This document shows positions 25,701-35,739 of a DNA stretch of 41,571 nt, in pieces; positions within the stretch are counted from its first letter, which is position 1, and each line of letters starts with the position of its first letter. The notes beneath the pieces were generated by a model. The model was not told the DNA's origin. It worked only from the letters and a program-made list of their open reading frames with translations, and made no database searches. The translations under genes and the position numbers were made by a program. The DNA comes from Nemertoderma westbladi (lineage: Eukaryota; Animalia; Xenacoelomorpha): contig JAUCBJ010000810.1 of the NCBI GenBank assembly GCA_032718475.1, forward strand, positions 1-41,571. Direction: 5' to 3'.

Positions 25701-26070
25701 TGCGATAACCCAGCAACGAAATCGCGTTCAACTGCCCCCTGGGGAAGAAGGAACAGGTTGGGTCGCCAGTGAACTACAATATCGTACGCGTTGTTTATAG
25801 CCTCCTTTAACTGCTCAATAGATATCCGGATGCTGCCCCAAGGGACGAGGTGAGCCGAGGATTTGGAAACAGTGGGCTGTGTACCAGGGGGACCAGTAAC
25901 AGAAGGACCCGTGACTGAGGGACCCACGACTGAAGGACCCGTGACTAAAGGACCCATGACTGAAAGACCCTTTACTGGTGGACCCGTGACGGAAGGACCC
26001 ATGACTGAAGGACCGGTCACTGAAGGACCCGTGACAGAAGGACATGTGACAGAATTAATGCCCCGGTAAT
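22796..26070 (-). mobile_element. CRE-clade (RT + restriction-like endonuclease) non-LTR retrotransposon nested in the BEL 5' leader
   Basis: Single long ORF, ~170-nt 3' UTR, AATAAA (22830-22825) and A13 tail (22808-22796). 5' boundary approximate; no TSD found. Confidence 0.88.
22982..26020 (-). CDS. RT-RLE polyprotein, 1012 aa uninterrupted (first ATG at 26002)
   Basis: WRPNLFLLP, AAGPSGLD, GVRPIGIGEVLRR, IDATNAFNSLNR, GSTQGDP, WYADD, GGLGI; CCHC finger CVCG...HVLSC; RLE motifs RHNEIRD, RLDV, FIDV, EARKCRKY. The N-terminus is a (VTGPS)n 15-bp repeat. Confidence 0.92.
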   Translation of the reverse strand: MTGPSVMGPSVTGPPVKGLSVMGPLVTGPSVVGPSVTGPSVTGPPGTQPTVSKSSAHLVPWGSIRISIEQLKEAINNAYDIVVHWRPNLFLLPQGAVERDFVAGLSHLIELVTTGSVLQPLALTALFVAPSLLLQKPSRTSTTGTHRSVLERRLRSWKQANFNELLVEARAIQSHLPKQCFRGESQNIALQKTFVCHMLTGNVSAATRCLSDLNRGKPLKLDDTFIDKVGNTKVVHDVLREKHPVAKPADKSILLDKFEGAPEFHSIVYERLNGQLILSSLLRMRGNAAGPSGLDVQGWKHLLTKFRNQSTDLCDRIADLGKLVSQTVLPSGTLSSFVSARLLALDKNPGVRPIGIGEVLRRVVGKAAMTCIREDLQEVGGSVQMCLGQKSGIESAIHTLNDAFTTADCDAVLQIDATNAFNSLNRQAALHNIRQVCPALYTIVANCYDQPSCLFVGGESLFSEEGSTQGDPVAMPMFGCGLIPLLLELSHGCSIVQKWYADDGNAAGKLVELRKFWDIVSARGPLYGYYPTKCSLVVKPEKLQEAKIMFADTNFTVNSVGNKLLGGVIGTEEFRNNFIEQKVEEFAADVERLATIAAVDPHCAYAGLAFGLSCRWRFLARVVPGATDRFGGLEESVGRCLCRIFDRPAITPVERQLMSLPVRNGGLGIPVPADLQPQYEYSRRICEPFASLEGESMAVVREEQTHIVKLVATSSSVVAKAKKEEVYDQLSSDQHNLVILTTEKGASAWLNTKPLTLHDTHLSKGEFRDAVCLRYGWSPKNLPSRCVCGSRFSATHVLSCPTGGFPSIRHNEIRDFVANTLTEVAHSVAVELMLQPLTGESFSLRSTSTDQLARLDVSVSRFWGNRYQKMFIDVSVFNPLADTNAAMSIDAAHLHHEARKCRKYEERLRKVEHSTFTPLIFSAFGGMAPAAHQFVKRLAVKLSDKRQVPYPECVSWVRRQISFSLLRSSLMCLRGYRSAARRPVREAVTDSSIRLANADSDPGVLAQFGRVG

Positions 26071-26625
26071 TTTACAAGAAGTCTACAAACCAGCCTAACA
26101 AAGGGTTAGAATATCTGGTTATTACAACGGACAGGGTACTACGGTATTTGAAAATAATAAGTAGTAGTAAATATACTGCGTTGTCCAGATAGGAAAATAC
26201 CACCGTCTGACGACTTATAGCCGTATTGCTATAAGTACTAGGTTATGTATCACGGAGTGTTCCTACCTAGAAGTTAATTACCGCGGTCTACCAGAACCAA
26301 CGTGCCTATTAACCACTTTACAACACAAATATACTGCATACACACTAATCACCTTCGGAAAGTACTGTACACTAAACCCTAAATTAGGTACAAGTACTTA
26401 TACAACAAATAATCAGTAGTTAAAAATACTTGAACAGCTAAAAGAACCATGGTATCTGCTGGAGTGACCGGGGCACAAAATCACCAGTCTTTACCTACGC
26501 CAAGCAGCCCTGATGTAGTACTGGGGTTAGTTTAACTATAACGGTATATATAACAAGCACAATTACTGTAGGAATAAACTTGGGGATATGAATGTTGCGA
26601 ATAATCGCATAAACTCTGAATAATA

Positions 26626-27196
26626 AATATTACGCTATGCGTACAGACTACTCAAACAAAATGCAGACCAAATACTGACAGACTACTATCAAGCCTAAAC
26701 AAACTACGGTATATGCAGACTCCGAAATGGTTAGTTAGTATGCGTTCTAACCGAGTAGTACGACTTATTCTTTCGAGGGGGTTTACCTCACAGCTCTGGA
26801 AGCCCCTACGTTCCCAACTGGCACTTTATCGGACATACACTCTACACACACCAAAATCTCCTCAGACCTAACAACAGCCAGACAAAATCCAGCCTACAAA
26901 TTATCTAAATAAGAAATATTACGCTACCCGTACAGACTACACAAACAAAGTATAGACCAAACGCTGGCAGACTAGTATCAAGCCTAAATACACTACAGTA
27001 TATGCAGACTCCGAAATGGTTAGTTAGTATGCATTCTAACCGAGTAGTACGACTTATTCTTTCGAGGGGGTTCACCTCACAGCACTGGCAGCCCCTACTT
27101 TCCTAACTAGTACTTTTTCGGACATACGCTCTACACACACTACAGTCTCTTCAGACTTAACAACAGTCAGACAACAGTCCAGCCTACAAATTATCT
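26626..27196. repeat. Tandem dimer, period ~289 bp, in the BEL 5' leader
   Basis: AAATATTACGCTA...AGCCTACAAATTATCT twice, with a nearly identical core (GCAGACTCCGAAATGG...TTTCGAGGGGGTT). Confidence 0.9.
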
Positions 27197-27463
27197 GTAC
27201 AATCTGAGCAGGCTTACACGCCTTCTGCTCAATATTGGCCTACAAACAAATAAAACTGACAGAAATAAGTAAAATCTCAATAAAAAACCAGGGCGGCCGT
27301 CCCTGATTAATTATTAAGGCCTACCGGTATATAATTATCAAATTCGAATAATACTGCTGTACATGTACTGCTGTAGGTACCGGTCCGGTTGGTTAGGTAG
27401 TCAGGCCTACTAGGTACCGGTTGTCCGGTACTTCAGCGTTATTGCCTACTGCAATACAGAAGC

Positions 27464-27475
27464 TATATCTGTTAT
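27464..27475 (-). other. Non-canonical primer-binding-site position (ATAACAGATATA)
   Basis: Directly follows the 5' LTR; no TGG; exact complement of LTR positions 28209-28198 on the sense strand. Confidence 0.5.
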
Positions 27476-28646
27476 TGTTCGCGCTTTCAGACCTTTAGCA
27501 GTTTAACCTGCCAAATTGGGATGTCTTTTAGATGATAGATCGTCTTTAGCCTATGACAAGTATTTGATACACTACATTAGCCGAAGCCAGTCTATGCGCG
27601 ATCATTCACCCGTTGGATATACCCGGGAGACTGGATTCGGAAGCCTAACCGTATTGCGGGGTAGGCCTACTGTATTATTCGACTGATCGTAATATATAAT
27701 CTCTGACAAATATTATTCACTTTCGGGAAATATTAACAGTTCCTTTAAGACGTGGCGCTCTAAATATGTAAACAGAGTTATGACTTAAACTAAACACAAC
27801 GGGATGGCTATAGATTCACGTATATGGCGCATTCTTTAGGAGATGCTTTGTTATCAGTCACAATCATACACAATACTGCACAATGCTGCACACTAATCTG
27901 CCGACCTTCACTAATTTTAGTCACATATAAAGAGAACAACAGACAATACATGTAGGGCCTATGAAATAACATTAGATTCACTTCAAACCACTTAATGTAA
28001 GTCGCAATTGTTATATGTAACCGGTCTCTCTAACCTTTAGTATATCAAGAAGATTGGGGTGTCTGATTATTTATCAGTATTCCAAATATAATATTCCATC
28101 AACAAATATAATGAATAACCGACAGTAAATAGCAGTAAAAATGCGGTGTTTGTAGTTGACAATATGATTAGTTTGTATGTTATGGTTCGTGAGTGAGATA
28201 ACAGATATACGTTCTATAATTAAGCCTACTAATGTTGGGCTAAAGACTGAAACACGGAGGTTCCAAAGCCGGTGTTCTTAGGCTGTGGACAAAATCACAT
28301 ACTGACTCAACTCCACGAGTTTCTATATACAATCTCTAACGCAGAGGCAAAAAACGCTCTGATTGGTCGACCGAACAAAGAAGGAACAGAGAACAAAGAA
28401 AAAGCTCCACGTGTACAGCATCAGCTGTTAGCCGTCGTCATGGTAGCTACACTGTTTCAAGAGGATCCGGCGTATTGCGTCATTTGAATTGCTAATTATG
28501 TCCGCTAAAGTACACATACAGAAGAAATGGCTTTTATGTCCTCTAAAACACCAGTACAGTAAGGACACGGCCTTTTATGCCTGTTAAACCAACTACAGAG
28601 TACTTTACGGGGAAAATAACCGGCTAATTCCGCAAAAGCCTTTACA
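27476..28646 (-). repeat. 5' LTR (1171 bp)
   Basis: Direct repeat of 8331-9499; lies upstream of gag on the minus strand. Confidence 0.97.
28301..28366 (-). promoter_or_regulatory. Candidate LTR core promoter
   Basis: Minus strand shows CCAAT (28366-28362), TATATAGAA (28329-28321) and Inr-like TCAGT (28305-28301) in plausible order and spacing. Confidence 0.5.
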
Positions 28647-29429
28647 CAATCTCAATCTAACAGTTACAAATCTTGGGATTAGTCCAATTAAATCCCATAG
28701 TAGGCTTATCTTTAAACAAAAACCATGCTAAAATTGGAAGTATTTCATAAAATAGGTACCAGTGGTTGGTTTTAGAGCATTAAACATCTATGTGGAGAAG
28801 GAATAAATATAATATGTGTATCATATCGTAACAGACGTAAATGGTTAGCAATAGAGCAGTGACAATCTCCTACACTCTGCAAACAGCGCAACAGCCCTGT
28901 AATTTCTCCAATTATGTTGGTTGCTGGTTTGTTTTTGGCTATTAACAGCATAACCTGAAGGATTGGCTACTTATATTGTGTTACTGATAGTAAGGCTGCC
29001 TTTATTGCCTTATGCCAAAATTTAGCTCTTCTGTTCCTCTTTACTTCTTTTTATCCAAAATACTATATTATAAAATATTCAGTGTGACTTAAGTAATGGA
29101 TTTGCACACTTGTTTAGTTGAAAACATAATTTTACACGCAATGGAAAGTAACACCATGTAACATAATTGCACAGTTACGTCCGTTACAGTAGATGGTTAC
29201 GTCCGTTACAGTAGATGGTTACGTCCATTACGAAAATCAATTGCAAACTGTATGAAAACCAGTGGTCAGTAGCCCTAAATTGTTTTATTGATATGTTCAG
29301 CATCTATTCTGTAATCATTACTAAGAAGGGTTTGTCAGAACATTGCTTCAATTCGCACGAATATTGATGAGAACATGGCTACCTCAGAAATTCCATTTTG
29401 TGCGATTACATCCATTACAGGTGTATTAT

Positions 29430-31679
29430 AAGCTAAGGTCAGGCCAGGTATTCTAGGTCATTGATCAAGAAAACTTGCCACCTCCATGCAGAATAAAGGA
29501 GGTGTCACCTGTAGTTGCATAGACCCTCTTACTAGGGCAAATCTGTTCCTGTAACTAGGACCCCCTTCGTTCTGGGATAAGGACGCCCTTGGTCCTGGAT
29601 TAAGGACCCATATACTTGGCTGCAGGGGCATATGGCCTGGCCAGGCAGATGGTGATCTACCAATGGCTGGTCAGGAGTAGAGTGTTCTCATGTCCACTCT
29701 GAGTGCACTTCACTGCGACCTGCACCTGGCAGCAGGGGTTCAGGGCATGTCAGGGCAGATGAGTTGCACAGCCAATGGTGGGTCATGTGCGCCAGAGTAG
29801 ATATGGGCGATGGGCCTCATATCTGACTCCACTGCGACACCCACCCTGTGGAATGGCAAACCTGGGTGTGGTATTTGCCCCGAGAGCTGACTTGGCAAAA
29901 AAGCACCCCCCAACCCCCACTATGGATTACATTAGTAATGCGGAGGTCCAGCCACTAGAGGCCAGTGGAATGACTGGACACAATCGGCCTCACAGGTGTC
30001 AGTTATCTCCTGACCGGCTGCCTGTCTCACTCCCTACTGCGGAGAGAGAGCGGCAAACAATTCTTTGAGTCCCTTTCCTGATGACCTTTCTGGCCCAAAC
30101 CCTGGGTCACCAGGGAGGCCAGATTGTGAGGGGGGAGGGATTCTGGAGTTGGAGGCTACTCTCATGTTCCACCCCGACCAACAAAGCCATTGGTGAATCT
30201 GAGGCAAGTCACTAGACTAGCCTCAATAAACACCCTAACACTCGGGTCCCCAATGCGACAAGGTGAGCTGACTGCCTTGGCAGATAAGCTTTCTCTTAGT
30301 GCAGTGGGTGTTCAAGAGCACCGAATGCAGACTGGACAGACTGATGAGGTTCTGATTAAGGACATGGGGGGCAGTGGCGACTCGCCCTCGCTTCAGCAGA
30401 TGATAGTGGCAATGGTGGAATTGGTCTATTGATAAATCCAACTGCACATGCAGTATTGGACAAAATAGACCAAATCTCTAACCGCATCATCCGTTGCCAC
30501 TTCTCATGTTCTGGAAGACTGGCTAAGAAGTTTCCTAAGGTGGTTCTGATTGTGTGCTACTCTCCAACTAGTGTTGCCCCTGTAGAGGAGGTGGAAAATT
30601 TCTACCAGAATCTACAAGCAGCTACTGATGGAGTGGATCAGCATGCATTCTTAGCATTCCTGGGAGACTTTAATGCAAGTCTGCATCAATCACCTACTGT
30701 ACATCGCCCTGGGTCTATAGCAATAGTGTCAACCGAAATTCCGTCCATCTTCAGGATTTTATCTCTGGAAATGGATTGTTTTCAGCTGGAACCCAGTTCA
30801 AGAAGCGAACTGGAAAGCTATGGACTCATAGTGGACCCAGTGGTCACAAGTCCCAGATAGACCATATCCTGTTTCGTAGGAAATACAGGAGCTCTATACA
30901 AGACTGTAATGCATTTACACTACGACCCTTCTCCAGTGATCACCGCCTTATTGTGGCCAAGGTAAGACTTAGTCTGCGTGCTAGCAGAACAACGAAATCT
31001 GCCTTTCCACGGCATGACTGGTCCTCTCTTTTGCAACAGCCAAGTGTGAGATCCAGCTTCACACTACAGCTGAGCAACAGGTATGAGGTTTTTGCCTCTG
31101 GGGCGGCATATCACTGTGAGGGCTATACTGCCTTCACAGAGGCAGTTAAGTTAGCAGCTGCAGAAACAGTTCCTGTATACCCTCGAAACAGGAAATGGGC
31201 CCCCTGGACTGACAACAAAATCCAGAAGTACCGAAATGACCTCTACAAGGCGCAGAAAGAGTCCCGACTCAAACAGACTACAGCGGCCAAGAATGCAGTT
31301 AAGGCTGCACCTAGGTCCCTGAACAGGCAGTACTCTGTTAATTTACAGGAGCTAATGAACCAACAGGTTGATGCCATCAATGATGCTGATGACAGCAGGC
31401 AATCATCCCAGGCATGGAGATCGATCAACTTGCTTGCTAGTCGAAAAAGCCAACCAACCACCAAGGTTAAGGCTGAATCACCAGCCAATCGCCTCAATGG
31501 TTGGAAGGCCCACTTTGAAAAGCTCCTCAATAATGACAGGGTATTGCCTGATAACCTTATAGAAGTAAAAGTGTCTGAGTCTGTACTCCCAGATATTTCC
31601 ATGGCAATATTTATCTCATTTGCAGAAGTGAAGACTGCTGCAAAGAGCATTAAGACCAATCGTACCAGTGGAGTAGATG
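29430..31679 (+). mobile_element. 5' half of an RTE-clade LINE (UTR, APE domain, linker), 3'-truncated; same family as 38-1638
   Basis: APE motifs RLASINTLTL, VGVQEHR, CYSPT, LGDFNA, WTH...SQIDHIL, SDHRLI across frameshifted ORFs (30190-31705); BovB-like GGAATGGCAAACC...GTATTTGCC UTR motif near 29850-29880. 5' boundary approximate. Confidence 0.88.
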
Positions 31680-32672
31680 TGAAGACTAGCTATGAAGACA
31701 CTTAGCGACATCTACGGGAATAAAACCAAGATGGCAGAGTCGATAGTGGAAGACTTGGGTATATGGGTAAGGGCGGGCAGATTATGACTCCGTTGGAGCT
31801 GTTGAACTTAGCGAACGCTATTTCGAACGTATTAGATATCTTAAGGACGGTAAATCTGCCTCATCATGGCGATCACGCCGAAGTTTTAAAGAGCATGATA
31901 AGACGTTTAAACATGCGTTACCGACAGAAATGGCGTATACTAGAAAATAAGTTAGAGGGTCAAGACAACATATTCACCACATTCAACACATTCACGACAT
32001 GATAGCCACAGATGCGGTAGCAGAGATGAAATCAAATTCCTCAGAAGAGAAAATGAGAGAGTCTAAACCTGTTACCAGTAAGTCAATGGTAAGTTTTGAC
32101 GATGACAGAACCACTGTGACTTTTAACTCAGTAGACAAATACAATTCGAGTACCCCTGCCTTTAGACCAGACTCGCGAGTATGGTCAGGTGAAAGGTCGG
32201 ATAGACCTAAGGTAAAACAACAGGAGTTGCCGGATGGATTTGTAGGTTGCCAATTCTGCCTACTAAAGGAGGTAAGATCAGACGACCATAAGTTAGACAG
32301 TTGCAGACGGTTCCAAGAATTAACTTCGGAACAGAGAAGAGTTCAAGTGCGGACGTTGGACACCTGTTGGGCATGTCTTGCACCAGGTCACGTACAGCGC
32401 CAGTGCCCGAACAGTAAGGACGGATGCATGGAATGCGGCAGACTACATCACAAGTTGCTACATGCGGACTTCCATACCCCAACGGACCGTTATTTACAGA
32501 GGAATCCTCAAAGGAAGGGAAGCAGAGATCCTGTAACGATAAGAAGAAATACGTACACTGGCATCCAAGACGATGGGTATCAACCAGGTTTGTCGGACGA
32601 GGACGGTGAAGCGAGCGCGAGAGAGGTGACCTGCCAGGAGTTCACTGCGGATAGTTCATCGACCAGCGGTAA
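31680..32672 (+). pseudogene. Isolated gag fragment of another BEL/Pao family, no LTR
   Basis: AMKTLSDIYGNK..., then CQFC...HKLDSC, CWACLAPGHVQRQC, CMECGRLHHKLLH; one stop and one frameshift. Confidence 0.88.
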
Positions 32673-32674
32673 TG

Positions 32675-33856
32675 GTGAAAAATATCGAGACTTGAATAAT
32701 ATCGAGAGTAAAAATAACGAGAGTAAAAATATCGAGAGTAAAAATAACGAGTGTTGAAAATTAATGTGATTAAAAAATATCGAGAGTAAAAATAACACGA
32801 GATGAAAAATATCGAAAATAACGAGTGTTGAAAAATATCGAGTGTTGAAAAATATCGAGAGTAAAAATATCGAGTGTTGAAAAATATCGAGAGTAAAAAT
32901 ATCGAGTGTTGAAAAATATCGAGAGTAAAAATATTGAGTTTTGAAAAATATCGAGAGTAAAAATATCGAGTGTTGAAAAATATCGAGAGTAAAAATATCG
33001 AGTGTTGAAAAATATCGAGTGTTGAAAAATATCGAGAGTAAAAATATCGAGTGTTGAAAAATATCGAGTGTTGAAAAATATCGAGAGTAAAAATATCGAG
33101 AGTAAAAATATCGAGTGTTGAAAAATATCGAGAGTAAAAATATCGAGAGTAAATATATCGAGTGTTGAAAAATATCGAGTGTTGAAAAATATCGAGTGTT
33201 GAAAAATATCGAGTGTTGAAAAATATCGAGTGTTGAAAAATATCGAGTGTTGAAAAATATCGAGTGTTGAAAAATATCGAGAGTAAAAATATTGCATTTT
33301 ACTTGAGCATTTTTTTTAGAATTATGGAACAATATTGCAGTGCATGGGTTACAACAGTGCAAGTGAATGGCATTATGTAATACACCTTGGGTACCCATTT
33401 ACCAGATTTATTATACTAGCTAGTTTTTGCTATTTTTTTAATAAATATTATAAAAGATTAATATATAATAAAGTATAAAAAAATATATAATATATATATA
33501 ATAAAGATAATATTATTAAAATATTTTTCAACACTCGATATTTTTACTCTCGATATTTTTCAACACTCGATATTTTTCAACACTCAATATTTTTCAACAC
33601 TCGATATTTTTCAACACTCGATATTTTTCAACACTCGATATTTTTACTCTCGATATTTTTCAACACTCGATATTTTTACTCTCGATATTTTTACTCTCGA
33701 TATTTTTACTCTCGATATTTTTCAATACTCGATATTTTTACTGTCGATATTTTTTAACACTTGATATTTTTACTCTTGATATTTTTCAACACTCGATACT
33801 TTTACTCTCGATATTTTTCAACACTCGATATTTTTACTTTCGATATTTTTCAACAC
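32675..33856. repeat. Foldback-like inverted satellite of mixed 15- and 17-bp units
   Basis: Left arm 32675-33292 is built from AAAAATATCGAGAGT and AAAAATATCGAGTGTTG; ~230-bp AT-rich spacer; right arm 33520-33856 has the reverse complements. Confidence 0.92.
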
Positions 33857-34027
33857 ATGCTACACAGCTACATATGTGTTTCTAGCATATGTTTCCGACC
33901 TTATAACAAGGCGTTTCTAGGCTAGTAAAATGCTGGAAAGGAAACAGCTAGAATCTAGCTGTTTCCTTTCCAGCATTTTCCAGGTTTTTCCGCTCTTTAT
34001 TACATAGGGCCCTATATTACATACCGG

Positions 34028-34879
34028 CCAGGTTGGAATTCATGCTGCAAAACTCGGACGCGTACCTGCGCGAATGACCGCAAACCAGATGCGCGTTGCG
34101 CGTTTGGGTGAGACAGGTGCGCGTTCGGGTGAGACAGGTGCGCGTTGCGCTTTGGGTGAGACAGGTGCGCGTTTGGGTGAGACAGGTGCGCGTTCGGGTG
34201 AGACAGGTGCGCGTTGCGCCTCAGCGCGCAGCTCTGATGCGCGCCACAAATTAATTGAAATCACGAAAATACACAAAAAAATTTCGCTCGCTTCGCTCGC
34301 GTTATTTCTCATTTCCAATTCTTCAAACTGTCAAATCATTTCTCCATAATACTGTAATACTGTACAGGCAACCGGAGCTGAATTTGTCTATTTATTTTAA
34401 CTACAGTGACAGTACTCTATTGTTATTAGGCCTATGCCTATTGCCTATGTTACGTTAGTAAACAGGTAAAGTCAGAAAGTAACAATGTATAAGTATGCCT
34501 TAACTACAGAACTAGGCCTATTGCATATTTATTCAAATTTTATACAGTAGAGTACCGGTAATGTATTTTCATATGTAAATGTAGTGGATTCAAAAAATAA
34601 TTTTTAATATTAACAATTTTGATGTTGCAAAAATTACATGTTTTATGTAGATTCAACGTACAGACAGACAGCCGTACTAAGATAAGCTTAAAACGCTCAA
34701 ACTTGTAAAATAGGAATGTAAAATTGTTCATATGACCTGCACGATTTTTTGAGATATGCATGACATGAGCTGCGCGATTTTGTATGGATGATGAGGTGCG
34801 CGACGAGCCAATTTCAGGTGCGCGGTGATCTCAAAACAACAAAGCGTACCTGCGCGCTCATGCATGAATTCCAACCTGG
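34028..34879. mobile_element. 852-bp MITE with 8-bp TSD
   Basis: Perfect 18-bp TIR CCAGGTTGGAATTCATGC; TSD CATACCGG (34020-34027, 34880-34887); empty site in copy 1 at 3165-3172; five ~20-bp GCGCGTT[T/C]GGGTGAGACAGGT subterminal repeats. Confidence 0.93.
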
Positions 34880-35739
34880 CATACCGGTACCGTACAGCCG
34901 TAAGCAAATGAGAATTTGGTGACGATATAGGCCTATTCTGTATTCTTTCCACTTTCTGGGGGACTACTGGTCTCTGGTCATAATGCTGTAATGCTGTACT
35001 GCAGTAACTGACTGACAGAATAGGCCTAATGCTCTACCATTGCTTACCGGTACCGGTCGCCTTAACAATGCTTAGCATGGGGATAAAAAAAACTGTCTGC
35101 CTGTGCAACTATCGGCGGCAGTTTAACAGTTTCTGAGTTTGGACTTTATTCACGTTTTCATCTGTTCATGAAACGCAAAGTACAACCAGGTAACTATAAA
35201 TGCACCCTACTTTCAGACTTTAGAATAATCAGAACTGCAGAAGGCGATGTTTGCTGTTTATACAGTATGCAGTAGGCCTACAGCAGTAATAGCTGTTGTC
35301 TGACAGCAGACAGGTCTGCAGGTTGTTGGTTGATGTACCATGCAGCCATGGCTGCATGGAGATCAGAGATTGCCATTACATCCTGATTGACGACCGTGCA
35401 TCACATTACTGCAAGTTCTGAAGTTGACACATAAATTACATCTATACATTAATATATATGGGATGGGACTACACCTATCAGCCTAGGCAGCTAGGGGAGG
35501 GGAGGGCTCAACAGACTGACAGAAGCTTCGGCTTCGGTTCGGTTCGGGCCGAAGTTTGGCAATTTCGGTTTGGTTCGGCTTCTGCAATTGATACCGGTAC
35601 TGCAGAAGCCCGGAGCAAACTTTGCTAAATATTCCAAGTATTACATTGACTGATTGAGCTAAGACCAGAAGACAGTAAGACTAATCAATCTGTCCATCCA
35701 CCATTGTTGTACTAATTAATTTTGGAGTGTAAACGTTAA

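Larger units (their letters stand above)
8331..28646 (-). mobile_element. Full-length BEL/Pao LTR retrotransposon, 20,316 bp, coding region disabled
   Basis: Two direct LTRs with TGT...ACA termini, TSD CAATC (8326-8330 and 28647-28651), and gag-PR-RT-RH-IN order on the minus strand. Confidence 0.96.

Noticed and set aside
22760-26410. AAATTACGTACAA (~22771) and AAATTAGGTACAA (~26381) as the CRE target-site duplication
   Set aside because: The match does not reach the poly(A) junction, so it does not qualify as a TSD.
29430-29900. Possible HDV-like ribozyme in the RTE 5' UTR (hairpins CACCTCC/GGAGGTG and CCCT/AGGG followed by CAAA)
   Set aside because: I could not assemble the P1/P1.1/P2/P3 double pseudoknot by eye; a descriptor-based search would be needed.
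38-31679. The two RTE pieces as part of one 31-kb tandem duplication with the 3.4-kb block
   Set aside because: The RTE overlap is ~5% diverged versus ~2% for the block, and copy 1 is independently 5'-truncated near position 38; separate insertions fit better.
32580-33398. 272-aa and 175-aa ORFs, and a CRISPR-like look to the array
   Set aside because: These are translations of the satellite; there are no unique spacers or cas genes, and the context is eukaryotic.
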